The notes under the pieces are model-generated. The model worked only from the letters and a program-made list of their open reading frames with translations, was not told the origin of the DNA and did not search any database. A DNA stretch of 64,000 bases from Candidatus Hydrogenedentota bacterium (GTDB lineage: Bacteria; Hydrogenedentota; Hydrogenedentia; Hydrogenedentales; SLHB01), in the NCBI GenBank assembly GCA_963668025.2, contig CAXXTH010000017.1, positions 192,001-256,000 on the forward strand. Reading direction: 5' to 3'. Shown here in pieces: positions 48,968-58,465 of this stretch (position 1 is its first letter; the number at the start of each line of letters is the position of its first letter). The position numbers and the translations under genes are program-made.

Positions 48968-49438
48968 TTACGTTTGCCGCTGACGCTCACGTAGCGCGTT
49001 CTGATGTTCGATATACCGCGCCCCGGGGCGCAGGAGGCCTTCCGCCAATACAATCGCATAGAGCACGGTCAGGATGTCGCACGCTATGCCCGCACGGACC
49101 GAGGACAGGTCTTTCAGCGTCGCCAGCATCTGCATCATTCCAATGATGGTTCCCAGCGCGCCCGCCGCGTAAGCCGGCGGAATGAGGCCGCGCAAAACCC
49201 GGGCCTGCCTGCCGCCGAGGGTCTCATCCGGCACACGCACCACGAAAACCCGGAGCGCCCACAGTCCGTCCCAGAGATCCTTGAAACCGAAGGCCATCAA
49301 TCCCGCGCCGAGGGTCAGCCCGGCGACGATGATGGCGGAAGGCATATCGACGAATGTATCGGGCGCCCCTCCCATGATCGCCGCAAGAACGAGAAGGCCA
49401 AAGAAACACCCCAAACCGATAATTCCGGAAATGTTCAT
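48968..49438 (-). CDS. Short MotA/TolQ/ExbB-like membrane protein
   Basis: FVDMPSAIIV, AGALGTIIGMMQML and LTVLYA motifs; 156 aa. Confidence 0.78.
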   Translation of the reverse strand: MNISGIIGLGCFFGLLVLAAIMGGAPDTFVDMPSAIIVAGLTLGAGLMAFGFKDLWDGLWALRVFVVRVPDETLGGRQARVLRGLIPPAYAAGALGTIIGMMQMLATLKDLSSVRAGIACDILTVLYAIVLAEGLLRPGARYIEHQNALRERQRQT

Positions 49439-49664
49439 CGCTTTCCCCTTTCTGTAACACTTTAGCCATCTGGAGCAAAAACATTGGGCAGATTTTTTAA
49501 ACCGCGCATACGCATAGATGTGAATCAAAAAAAACAGCCGGGCGAGCATTTGCTCAGCGGAGCGCGTCGGCAGTTCTCCCAAGCGCACCTATATAGTGCC
49601 ATAAAATGGCCAGCTCATTAATTGATGCCGTCATCCGCACTAAACACGCATGTGCCAGGCGAAC

Positions 49665-50081
49665 TCAATCGCATCGCGGACAGGGGCCGCAGGGCTGAAT
49701 ATGCCCGGGAGTGATTTGGATTGAGATATGGCCTTCGATGCGGGTCGCATCGCCCTCTAGCGCGATGCTGGCGGCGAGGCAAGGGTCATCCGGGCCTCCC
49801 GGCTCGCGCCCCATATACACGCGCAACGCGGACTGGACCGCCGCGAAGTGTTTCTGGACCAGGAATTCTTCGAGAGGCGAACACGGGGAATGGGCCTCGA
49901 TATACGCATCCGGGCGCATGCCGAGAATGTCTTCGAGGGTGCGCCCGGCAAGGTGCGCCTGCAACAGGGAAGGCTCTCCCACGCTGCGCCCGCATGTTTG
50001 TTTATGCAAGGCATACCGCATGAGCCGTTCTTCCGCGTCGAGCCAGATTTCAACTATTTCTGTAACATCCATGCAAGGCAT
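49665..50081 (-). CDS. Cys-containing hypothetical protein
   Basis: GAGG SD; MPCMDVTE...KQTCG...CGPCPRC. Confidence 0.7.
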   Translation of the reverse strand: MPCMDVTEIVEIWLDAEERLMRYALHKQTCGRSVGEPSLLQAHLAGRTLEDILGMRPDAYIEAHSPCSPLEEFLVQKHFAAVQSALRVYMGREPGGPDDPCLAASIALEGDATRIEGHISIQITPGHIQPCGPCPRCD

Positions 50082-50457
50082 GGCCACCTCTTGCGTGTGA
50101 GGATTTTGCCCAGTAAAAAAACTTGCCCACTTCGATGGCCGCCCCGCTTCGCTCCCTATCATGGCGGCAACCACATCCCGATACTACTAGCTGTTGTGAT
50201 GCCCAAGCAAATGAAAATCAATCCAATGAGGTAATGCGTACATATCATAAAATGCGCGCACAGCGTATACGTGATGAACAATAATTAAAATGCGATGTAT
50301 TCTATTTTAGCCAAATACGCGAATAAAGGCAAAATGGGATTACTCCGCTAAATATCCTGTTTTTATAATTTAATGATGGATATTTTGCGGTCTCTTCGGA
50401 TATAATTAATATGAGAAGTTAACGAGCGCCGTATAATACGGAGCAAGAGACAGAACC

Positions 50458-50829
50458 GTGAACGCGAAACAGAAGCCAAAAATCCTCGTGGTGGATGATG
50501 AAGAAAACATCCGTACCGCCGTCAGCCGCTGGTTTGACACAAATGGATTTGAGGTGGATGCCGCCGAAGATGGCTTGGCCGCGCTGGAGAAATGCCAGCA
50601 TGCCGACTACGATATGTTGCTCATGGACCTCGAGATGCCGCGAATGGGCGGCAAAGACGCCCTCAAGGCCATTCGAAACAAAAAGCCCAGCCAGCGATTC
50701 ATTGTGGTGACAGGTTTTTCGAGCGAAGTGGATGATCCAGTCATGCGGGATGCTTCTGTCGTGCTTCTCAAGCCGATAAGCCTTGCATTGCTGGAAAAAG
50801 AAGTCCGAAAAGCCTTGAGCTTGCGGTAG
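50458..50829 (+). CDS. Single-domain response regulator
   Basis: LVVDDE, MDLEMPRMGG, VTG and KPI motifs. Confidence 0.93.
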   Translation: MNAKQKPKILVVDDEENIRTAVSRWFDTNGFEVDAAEDGLAALEKCQHADYDMLLMDLEMPRMGGKDALKAIRNKKPSQRFIVVTGFSSEVDDPVMRDASVVLLKPISLALLEKEVRKALSLR

Positions 50830-50938
50830 CCTCCATTAATAACGTGTGTATGATACGGCCAATCGCACGCGCGCAGCAGCCAGGGGCAATTACGTGAGAT
50901 CAGCAGGCGCTCCCCAAACAAAGGATACCCCTGCCGTA

Positions 50939-52846
50939 ATGGCCCGCCTGTTTTATATCCCCAGGTGGGTGTGGGCCGCCGCCCTTGGCCTGGCCGCTCT
51001 TGAACCCGCAGCCTATCTGTGCTTCGAATACGCCATCCCACAAGGCAGCGCCCCGACGGGCATGCGCATCCAAGATGACGCCCTATTCCGAGTGTCCATG
51101 CGCATGGCCGAATCGGGATTTTATTCGCCCTATGCCCCTCCAGATGCGCCGTTGGGCCCTCATTCCATTCACTATTTTCGCACCCCCTATTATTGGCTGT
51201 ATGGAGCCGTGGGCCTTGCGCGCTGGGCGCTTGGACTGGATGAGTTCATTGCACTGGGCATCGCCAATGGCATCGGCGCGCTGCTTTATTTATTGGCGGT
51301 ATTTATCTTTTTTCGAGAAGCCGCGCCTCGCCTAGCGAACTCCGCGTTCTTGCTGTTTATCCTGGCGGGCGGATGCGGCGGCGTCCTGTATGGCCTTTCC
51401 CTGGCCATGGGCTGGACCAGCGCGCCAGGCTTCGAAGACGCATTCCGCCGGTTCGCGGTCTACCAGCTTATCGAAGGAGCCTATATCTATCCCTACCTGC
51501 AAATATCTAGGCTCTATTACACCATTCCCCTTGCCATGGGATTCCTGGGATTAACACTTTTCTGGCGCTGGCTTAAAGGAAACGGCTCCCAGCGCGGCCT
51601 ATGGGCGTCTGGCCTCCTGCTGTTCGCCGCATGCTGGATCAACCAGCGATTAGGCCCGCTGTTTTGGGCGGCGGCAATATGCTACTCCCTCAGCCGCAAT
51701 GGACGGCCTTGGCGGCAGGCGTGGACCGGCCATGCGGCCTGGGGAATGGCCATAGGAGCCTCGAGCCTGGCGAGCTGGGCCATGATGACGCCCCAATTCA
51801 AGGCCTCCACTGAGCATTCGAACGCCGCTACGATTTGGCTGACTCCATTTGTTTGCGCGGCATGCCTGCATCTCCTGCTGATTCCCCGCGCCATCCAGCG
51901 CGGCATAGCCGCCATACCCCTGCCTGCGCGATTATGCGCGGGAGCCGGCCTCGGCTATATCACCGCTTACACGGCCCTGTTTGCCTGCTACCAGCTCTAT
52001 TACGGAAATCTAACCATTTTGAGAGACGCCCCAGCGGCGGTGGCCGTGTCGGATTGGGCGCTCCTCGGGGCCTTGGCGGGAGGTATTCTCCTGTACTTCC
52101 GGCGGCGTGCTCCCGCGCTTCCATCAGATTCCATCGATGGCGAAGACTGGGCCAGCCTATGGTTTCTGGCATTCCTGGCGGGCGGCCTTGGCGCGTTCAT
52201 CGGCGGATGGACCCTTCGCTTCTCGCCATATAAACTGTTGGTGTTAATGGGTGCGCCGCTATGCCTGTTAGCGGCGTCCACATTGACGGATATACGCCGC
52301 GGCCATCCCCGGGGGGCCTATGCGTTGTGGACCGCATTGCTCACCTCAGGCGTCCTATCCATCCTGATGGCGTGGCTGTTTTTCCAGGGGCCTTTCGGGT
52401 GGCGCACGGGCGAAGGGGCCTTCGCTCCGCTTCATGTAGGCGCGATGACGGAAGCGGATGCCCGCGTGCTCGAGCAGCTTCCGGAAGGCCGCGTGCTCGC
52501 TCCCGCCACCATGCCGCTATTCGGCGATATCGCCGTGGTGCGGTATAATCGCCGGGCCGTCTTTGGCGAGGGCATGCTTGGAATCCCATGGCCCGCGCTC
52601 GATGAAATCCGCCGCGATGTAGACCGGTTTTTCGCTCCGGATACGCCCGATGCCGAGAGGCAGGCAATCGCCATGCAATGGCATGTGGGCAGTGTGTTTT
52701 GTCCCGATTCGACGCCCGTGGACGCGCGCACCATGGCCGCATTGCGCGCCGCGCCATGGCTTCATGAAACGGCCCATGCGGAACGGGCGGCGTTGTTTGT
52801 TGTGCATCCATACACACCGGCAGAAACAGAAAGGACATCCCCGTGA
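50939..52846 (+). CDS. Polytopic membrane protein, possible GT-C glycosyltransferase (paralog 1)
   Basis: About 12 TM segments plus a soluble C-terminal domain; shares APTG, ALGIANG, RLYYT, YYGN, DWALLGA and FQGP with the next gene. Confidence 0.75.
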   Translation: MARLFYIPRWVWAAALGLAALEPAAYLCFEYAIPQGSAPTGMRIQDDALFRVSMRMAESGFYSPYAPPDAPLGPHSIHYFRTPYYWLYGAVGLARWALGLDEFIALGIANGIGALLYLLAVFIFFREAAPRLANSAFLLFILAGGCGGVLYGLSLAMGWTSAPGFEDAFRRFAVYQLIEGAYIYPYLQISRLYYTIPLAMGFLGLTLFWRWLKGNGSQRGLWASGLLLFAACWINQRLGPLFWAAAICYSLSRNGRPWRQAWTGHAAWGMAIGASSLASWAMMTPQFKASTEHSNAATIWLTPFVCAACLHLLLIPRAIQRGIAAIPLPARLCAGAGLGYITAYTALFACYQLYYGNLTILRDAPAAVAVSDWALLGALAGGILLYFRRRAPALPSDSIDGEDWASLWFLAFLAGGLGAFIGGWTLRFSPYKLLVLMGAPLCLLAASTLTDIRRGHPRGAYALWTALLTSGVLSILMAWLFFQGPFGWRTGEGAFAPLHVGAMTEADARVLEQLPEGRVLAPATMPLFGDIAVVRYNRRAVFGEGMLGIPWPALDEIRRDVDRFFAPDTPDAERQAIAMQWHVGSVFCPDSTPVDARTMAALRAAPWLHETAHAERAALFVVHPYTPAETERTSP

Positions 52847-54720
52847 TTCGTGCGCATGCCGCGCGGCGGCATCGGACCCCGTTCCGGATATGGGCCATCA
52901 TCGCCGCCCTCGCCGCCATCACACCGGCGCAACACATCTGGCTCGCCTATTTCCCGCCAGCGGGAACAGCGCCCACGGGGCTTCATATCCTCGATTCGCT
53001 TTTTTTCTTGCAGACCATGCGCACGGTCGAAAACGGCTTCTTTTCGGCCTACGCCACATGCCAATCCACCTACGGCAGCCAAAGCTTTCATTTCTATAAT
53101 CTACCGAGTACGTGGTTATACTACGCAATCGGAGCAGCGGCGCGCGCTACAGGCATAAGCGACTTCATGGCTTTGGGCATTGCAAACGGCCTGGGCCTGT
53201 TCGCGTATCTGTGGGCGTCTTACAGGCTGTTTTTATGCATTGTCCCGCGTTTCGCTGGACTCGCCTTCACGTTTTTCAGCCTGGGCGGCGGACCCGGCGG
53301 GATACTCTACCTGCTCACCGGCGCACTGGGCCTTCATCAATCCCCGCAGTTTGACGCCTATTTCTTGCGTTACGCCATGTATGGCTTGATGGAAGGGCCG
53401 TTTTTATCCCCTATTCTCATGGCGCCCCGGCTCTACTATACCGTGACGCTTGCGCTGGGTTTTGCCAGCTTCACGCTGATCATTCGATATGTCCGGGGAG
53501 CGTCCTATGGCGCATTGCTCGGTTCCGCATGCTGCCTGGTTTTAGGCGCGTTTTTGTACGTACGCCACGGGCCCATGTTTTGGATGGTGATCATAGGCTA
53601 TGTGTTATCCGGAAAATTGTCCCGCCGCAGAATACATGCCGCAGCTACGGCGACGGCAGCCGTCGCCCTCGGCACGCTCCTGGTCTTTTTCCATATGCGC
53701 CTGGGTTCCGTGGACGCCCATCTCGCTTTTGACCGCACCGCCATGTGGTGGTCCCCGTTTCTGGGCGCGGCCATATTCCTGCTAATCCCCGCCATTCCCG
53801 CCGCCATCGCCTCCGCGAAGCCTCTTCCCCTTCTGCCTCGCTTGGCGTCGTTCGCATGTATGGGGTACATCGGGCTGTATGCGATTTTATATGTGCTCTA
53901 CCAAGTCTATTATGGTAATTTCTGGCTTTGCCTTGACGCCACGGTGGCTATCCGGATGTGCGATTGGGCGCTGTTGGGCGCGCCCATCGGCGCGGCGTAT
54001 GGATGGCGATGCAAGCCCAGCGCGTTGAAACCGGCCATGCCCGGCTGGGTGGCGCTGTGGTTTGTCCTGTTTTGCAGCGCCGCGTTTTCCGCTCTCGGCC
54101 AAGGCTGGACCTTGATATTTTTACCCCAGCGCGCCATGGCCATGTTGGGCGCGCCCCTCGCATTGCTCGCGGCGGCGGGTGTGTATCGCTGGCGTACGGC
54201 ACACCCTGGCTGGGTGAAAATGGCTGCCTTCTGCATTGTTGGCTGCGGCATATGCTCGATAGCCGTAGGGGCCCTTTGCTTTCAAGGCCCCCTGGGCCAC
54301 CGGCCCGGCCAGGGGCCATACGCGCGCATTCATCACGAACTGATGACGCCCATTGATGCGGAAATGCTGGCCCGCCTCGAGCCTGGCTATGTGCTGATAC
54401 CCCCCGAAGGCGCGCCCCGCTTGGGTGACATCGCCGCCCTCCGGCCTGGAATCCAAACCGTAGTCGGCGTCGGCACGTGGGGTTTGTCCGATCAGCCCAT
54501 TTTCAAGATGCTCGAACGGACGCAAGAATTCTTTACGCCCGGCCAACAAGCGGAAAATAGAGCCACATTCCTGCGCGAGTGGTGTGTGAACCATGTGTAT
54601 TGCCCCGAAGTTCCCGCCGTGAATCCAGAAGTCGTGGAAGAATTGCGCGCACTCCCGATGCTGGAAGTCCTCGCGGAATCCGGCCATGCCGTGCTGTTCC
54701 GCGTCCGCCATGAAGAGTAA
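52843..54720 (+). CDS. Polytopic membrane protein, possible GT-C glycosyltransferase (paralog 2)
   Basis: GTGA overlap with paralog 1; colinear conserved motifs. Confidence 0.75.
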   Translation: MIRAHAARRHRTPFRIWAIIAALAAITPAQHIWLAYFPPAGTAPTGLHILDSLFFLQTMRTVENGFFSAYATCQSTYGSQSFHFYNLPSTWLYYAIGAAARATGISDFMALGIANGLGLFAYLWASYRLFLCIVPRFAGLAFTFFSLGGGPGGILYLLTGALGLHQSPQFDAYFLRYAMYGLMEGPFLSPILMAPRLYYTVTLALGFASFTLIIRYVRGASYGALLGSACCLVLGAFLYVRHGPMFWMVIIGYVLSGKLSRRRIHAAATATAAVALGTLLVFFHMRLGSVDAHLAFDRTAMWWSPFLGAAIFLLIPAIPAAIASAKPLPLLPRLASFACMGYIGLYAILYVLYQVYYGNFWLCLDATVAIRMCDWALLGAPIGAAYGWRCKPSALKPAMPGWVALWFVLFCSAAFSALGQGWTLIFLPQRAMAMLGAPLALLAAAGVYRWRTAHPGWVKMAAFCIVGCGICSIAVGALCFQGPLGHRPGQGPYARIHHELMTPIDAEMLARLEPGYVLIPPEGAPRLGDIAALRPGIQTVVGVGTWGLSDQPIFKMLERTQEFFTPGQQAENRATFLREWCVNHVYCPEVPAVNPEVVEELRALPMLEVLAESGHAVLFRVRHEE

Positions 54721-54730
54721 TGGGCTTCGG

Positions 54731-55843
54731 CTATATAGTTCGATTAGTACAGTTAAGCCTTCGAATATGCTGTATTCCCCACCACGAGAGCGCCGCCAGC
54801 AATCCGTAATATTTCAGGCCAAGCCGGGCTGGATGATCCGCTGGATCATTGGGATCATATCCTTGCAAGGCCTCCTCGCCATCGCCCCAGCCGTCCCCGT
54901 CGCTATCCCATCGCATGGGATCGGTGCCGGTATGCGATATGCCTTGAAAAACGCCATCATTCGATTCCACATGATTATAGAGTCCATCGCCATCGCTGTC
55001 GGTGGCAATCCCCGCTTCGGACCAATAGTCCGTTTTCCAATAGGGCGTATTCTGTATGCCCCGGTTGTCCACGGCGGGAACAGCAGGCCAAATGGCGGCA
55101 GGCTCCGAGCCCCACCAGCCTAACTGGAAAACCGTGAGGCTGCCTGGATCAAAATCGTTGAACGCAAGGCAGAACCGGAATGACTCGTGGCCGCCGTCCG
55201 TGAGCGCCAATCCCGGGGCGATCCCTCGTAGGCGTATTTCATAAAAGGTCCGCTGTAGCATCTCATCGCGGAGATAGGCGAAAGCGGCATGTGATTCGGG
55301 AATGGGCTCGCGTGTGCCATATTGTCCGAGCGCCACCGTATGTCCGGTGGCCTTATCAAGCACATTGCCCACGAAACGCGCCTGGATAGGCCCGGCCGAT
55401 TCAGTCCAAAACTGGACTTGGCTTGGGCTGGAAATCCCCAATTCAACGTTTTCCCGGCCCGAGAGATCGACAAAAACCTCGATGCCGTCTTCAGCGGCCA
55501 AATCGGCCATTGGATTCGCCGTCACATCGTCAACGGGGGGATGAGTCTGGAAATCATCGTATGCTTCCGCCAGAAAATACAGATCATTTCCATGGCAGGC
55601 GGCTTTAAAACGGCCCGCCCAGTCCGCTGTCGAGCCGGGTGGCGTAGCGCCCCACATAAGGTCATTGCAAGCCACCCACTCGATTGCCGCCCAGCAGGGA
55701 TCCTCGGCGCCGTCGATAACGGGAGCGGCCTCGAGCGGCAAGAACCACACTTTATACTGGCCATTGTGGGGCCACGAGGCGCAAGCGTCCATCGCGGCCC
55801 ACACGGTCCATATCGCAACGAACCATCCGCTCATAGCGCGCAT
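54731..55843 (-). CDS. Secreted/anchored protein with CBM9/DOMON-like domain and Ca-binding DxDxDG repeats
   Basis: Signal peptide; APVIDG, LYFLAEAYDD and DGIEVFVD; DSDGDG x2; hydrophobic then basic C-terminus. Confidence 0.75.
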   Translation of the reverse strand: MRAMSGWFVAIWTVWAAMDACASWPHNGQYKVWFLPLEAAPVIDGAEDPCWAAIEWVACNDLMWGATPPGSTADWAGRFKAACHGNDLYFLAEAYDDFQTHPPVDDVTANPMADLAAEDGIEVFVDLSGRENVELGISSPSQVQFWTESAGPIQARFVGNVLDKATGHTVALGQYGTREPIPESHAAFAYLRDEMLQRTFYEIRLRGIAPGLALTDGGHESFRFCLAFNDFDPGSLTVFQLGWWGSEPAAIWPAVPAVDNRGIQNTPYWKTDYWSEAGIATDSDGDGLYNHVESNDGVFQGISHTGTDPMRWDSDGDGWGDGEEALQGYDPNDPADHPARLGLKYYGLLAALSWWGIQHIRRLNCTNRTI

Positions 55844-55858
55844 GGCGTGTCCTTCCGG

Positions 55859-56989
55859 CTATTTGGGCTTTTGCACGAAATCGAGGTAACTGGACACCAT
55901 CTTCGTTTTGGCCTTATCCCGCGCGGCCTTAAGGGCGGCGGCCTCGTCCGCACCCGTCACGGGGCCGAATTCGAGGTGGAATGTTCTGCTCTCGCCGGGC
56001 TTGAGCGAGTGCAACAGGCCATGCTGTTTATCCACGGCCCATCCTTGGACGCCGCAGGTGCAAGGCTCGAAACCAGTTACATATGCCTGTTCGCCCATCT
56101 GCTTCCAATGCGTGAAACGGGGCAGTTCATTCTTGTTGAACTTCACATACACGCCAAAGCCATTACCCTCTTCGAAACCATTATTGAGAATGGCGCAGGT
56201 GACGGAGCCGTCTTTGGCTGCCTGCATATCATGATAATACACCTTTTCGGCGTAGTTTGAAGTGGGCGCATCACATTTCCACCAGTTCTCCTGGCCATTA
56301 ACAGCCTCGCCGTCGCGCGGTGCAATCGAGGCGCTCGGCGACGCCATCTCGGAGCCTTCATCGAGCGCGGGCCATCCGATATTGCAATGATAGAGAAGCT
56401 GGAATGGCTGGGGCGCGAAACTGTCATTCGTCAACACGTCTTCGATGGAAAAGCTGCGGCTGCCCAGTTTTGTGGAGACCGTGCGAGTAAGCACTAAATT
56501 CTCGCCGAAAAGCCGTGTTTCACGCATCGAGCCAGATACGCTCAACACATAGTCATTGCCTTGCCATTCTTGCGTAACCTTGATATTGCGCGCCGGGATA
56601 TTGCCGATCCGGCCATGAAGGCCATTCCCGTTTAGCTCACTGCCTTCGGCGGGAGAGCCCACATTGATCAGCCCGCACGTGGTTACAAGCCCTCCCGTAA
56701 AAGAGCGCAGCGGCCTCAAGCCTTCCGTTTCAAAATACTGCGGAGCCACATCGCCCGTCGAGGAGCGCCAGCCCATCGCTTTGCCTTGGAACGACGCGGC
56801 GGCGATATCCAGGCAGCGGTCCAGCATCACCGTGAATTCCAGCCCGCTCCCCGTGTGGAATAGGGCGGCGCGCACGGGCCGCTCATTGCCATCGTCAAAC
56901 TGGACCAGCCGAATCCCCGCGATTTGGTCCATATTCCCTACGCGCTTGCGCAAGGCATTCGTAGTCGCTTTTTTACCATAGAGTTCCAT
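55859..56989 (-). CDS. Aldose 1-epimerase family protein (DUF4432-like)
   Basis: DRCLDI, GGLVTTCGL, LHGRI, LYHCNIG and GFEP motifs. Confidence 0.9.
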   Translation of the reverse strand: MELYGKKATTNALRKRVGNMDQIAGIRLVQFDDGNERPVRAALFHTGSGLEFTVMLDRCLDIAAASFQGKAMGWRSSTGDVAPQYFETEGLRPLRSFTGGLVTTCGLINVGSPAEGSELNGNGLHGRIGNIPARNIKVTQEWQGNDYVLSVSGSMRETRLFGENLVLTRTVSTKLGSRSFSIEDVLTNDSFAPQPFQLLYHCNIGWPALDEGSEMASPSASIAPRDGEAVNGQENWWKCDAPTSNYAEKVYYHDMQAAKDGSVTCAILNNGFEEGNGFGVYVKFNKNELPRFTHWKQMGEQAYVTGFEPCTCGVQGWAVDKQHGLLHSLKPGESRTFHLEFGPVTGADEAAALKAARDKAKTKMVSSYLDFVQKPK

Positions 56990-57313
56990 GACTGTATCTC
57001 CTTCCGCTTACAGAACAAGAGCCTATCATTTCAGAATAGGCGGGCTGTTGCAAGGCTGCGCCAAATCCAGAGAAAACCCGTGAAAAATATCCCCGGCGCC
57101 GCACAATAACACAACTGTCCGCAGCCTTGCCAACAAAGGCACATGCAGATAGGGCGGTCGCATTTAAAATAATCCCAAATTGGCCTCAAGAAGCACAAGG
57201 GACACAAAAATAAACGAGGGTGCCTCTGCGCGGCGGGGGGACCACGCAGAGGCTGGGGGTAGGAGGAAGAGCAGGGGTAGAAACGCCGCTGGGTGTCAGC
57301 GGCGGAATCAGCA

Positions 57314-57748
57314 TTAATTAAACTGGATCGCGATATGCTTCGGCTTATCTTCTTCTTGCTTAGGCACTTCGAGCGTCAGCACGCCATCCGCATACGTGGC
57401 GCGCACTTCACCGCCGCCTACGCCTTTCGGAAACGCCAACGTCCGCTTGAAGAGGCCTTTGCGCCGTTCGGAGCGGAGCATTTTAGCGCCGCCTTCTTCC
57501 TGTTTCCGCTCGGCGCTTATCGTAAGGGTGTCTTGTTCGAGCGCCACTGCAATCTCGTCTTTCTTAACGCCGGGCAGATCGATTTGGATGACATAGCCGG
57601 ATTCTGTTTCTCGCGCATCCATCGGGGGAATCCATTCTTGTTTCGTGGCGGCGCTTTCTCCGAAAGCCCGATTAAAGGCCTCTTGCATGCCTTGCCATGC
57701 CGTAGCCGAGGGTGAACACGTTGCGTTGTGGCAGTCCATATATCGCAT
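57314..57748 (-). CDS. Small heat-shock protein (Hsp20)
   Basis: DLPGVKKDEI, ERRKGLFKRTL and ATYADGVLTLEVPK motifs. Confidence 0.95.
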   Translation of the reverse strand: MRYMDCHNATCSPSATAWQGMQEAFNRAFGESAATKQEWIPPMDARETESGYVIQIDLPGVKKDEIAVALEQDTLTISAERKQEEGGAKMLRSERRKGLFKRTLAFPKGVGGGEVRATYADGVLTLEVPKQEEDKPKHIAIQFN

Positions 57749-57821
57749 TGCTTGCTCCTTTTCTAGCTCGTTGCACCGGTGTATCCCCGGCTCCGAGTGT
57801 TTTACCGTTCGGCATGGCAAG

Positions 57822-57837
57822 AGCAATGGGTGTGCCA
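57822..57837 (-). promoter_or_regulatory. Sigma-54 (-24/-12) promoter of hsp20
   Basis: Minus strand TGGCAC-ACCCA-TTGCT, consensus spacing, about 75 bp upstream of the ATG. Confidence 0.75.
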
Positions 57838-57985
57838 AGAAAAGAAAAGGCGCAAAAAGGCCCGTTTTTCAACGAAATGGGGCGGAAAAGAGGAAAGGGG
57901 CTTTTTGTGGACGTTTCAATTTGCCATACCAGTGTTTCAGGATGAAGCGTCCCCGGGGCAGGCATGTCGCCATTCATAAATAACA

Positions 57986-58013
57986 CGGGCGCTCCCACCG
58001 AGGGGAGCGCCCG
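57986..58013 (-). terminator. Terminator after rpsI
   Basis: CGGGCGCTCCC...GGGAGCGCCCG hairpin followed by TGTTATTT on the minus strand. Confidence 0.7.
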
Positions 58014-58041
58014 CGAAATGGCACAAGTAAAAAATCGTGTT

Positions 58042-58440
58042 CTAGCGCTTGGAAAACTGGAAGCGTTTGCGTGCGCCCGGCTGGCCGTACTTTTTACGCT
58101 CCACTTCACGCGCATCACGCGTAAGCAGGCCTGCACGCCTTAACACGGGGTGCATGCCCTCATCCGTTTCCGCCAAGGCCCGGGCGATGCCCAGCCGAAG
58201 CGCTCCCGCTTGGCCGGATAAGCCGCCGCCAGCACAACGGGCGCGGACATCAAATTTATCCACCGTATCCGTTGCCAGGAACGGCTGCTTGGCCAGCATG
58301 ACCAACACCTCGCGCGCCAAATACTGCTCGACGGGCCGCCCATTGACGATAAGCTTCCCCGTGCCTGGGCTGAGGCGCACACGCGCACTTGCGGCCTTGC
58401 GGCGTCCGATAGTTACGACTTCCTTAATGGGTGCTGCCAC
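58042..58440 (-). CDS. rpsI: 30S ribosomal protein S9
   Basis: GRRK, GGGLSGQAGA and ERKKYGQPGARKRFQFSKR motifs. Confidence 0.99.
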   Translation of the reverse strand: MAAPIKEVVTIGRRKAASARVRLSPGTGKLIVNGRPVEQYLAREVLVMLAKQPFLATDTVDKFDVRARCAGGGLSGQAGALRLGIARALAETDEGMHPVLRRAGLLTRDAREVERKKYGQPGARKRFQFSKR

Positions 58441-58465
58441 GGTCTACATTCTCCTTGCTGTGCGT

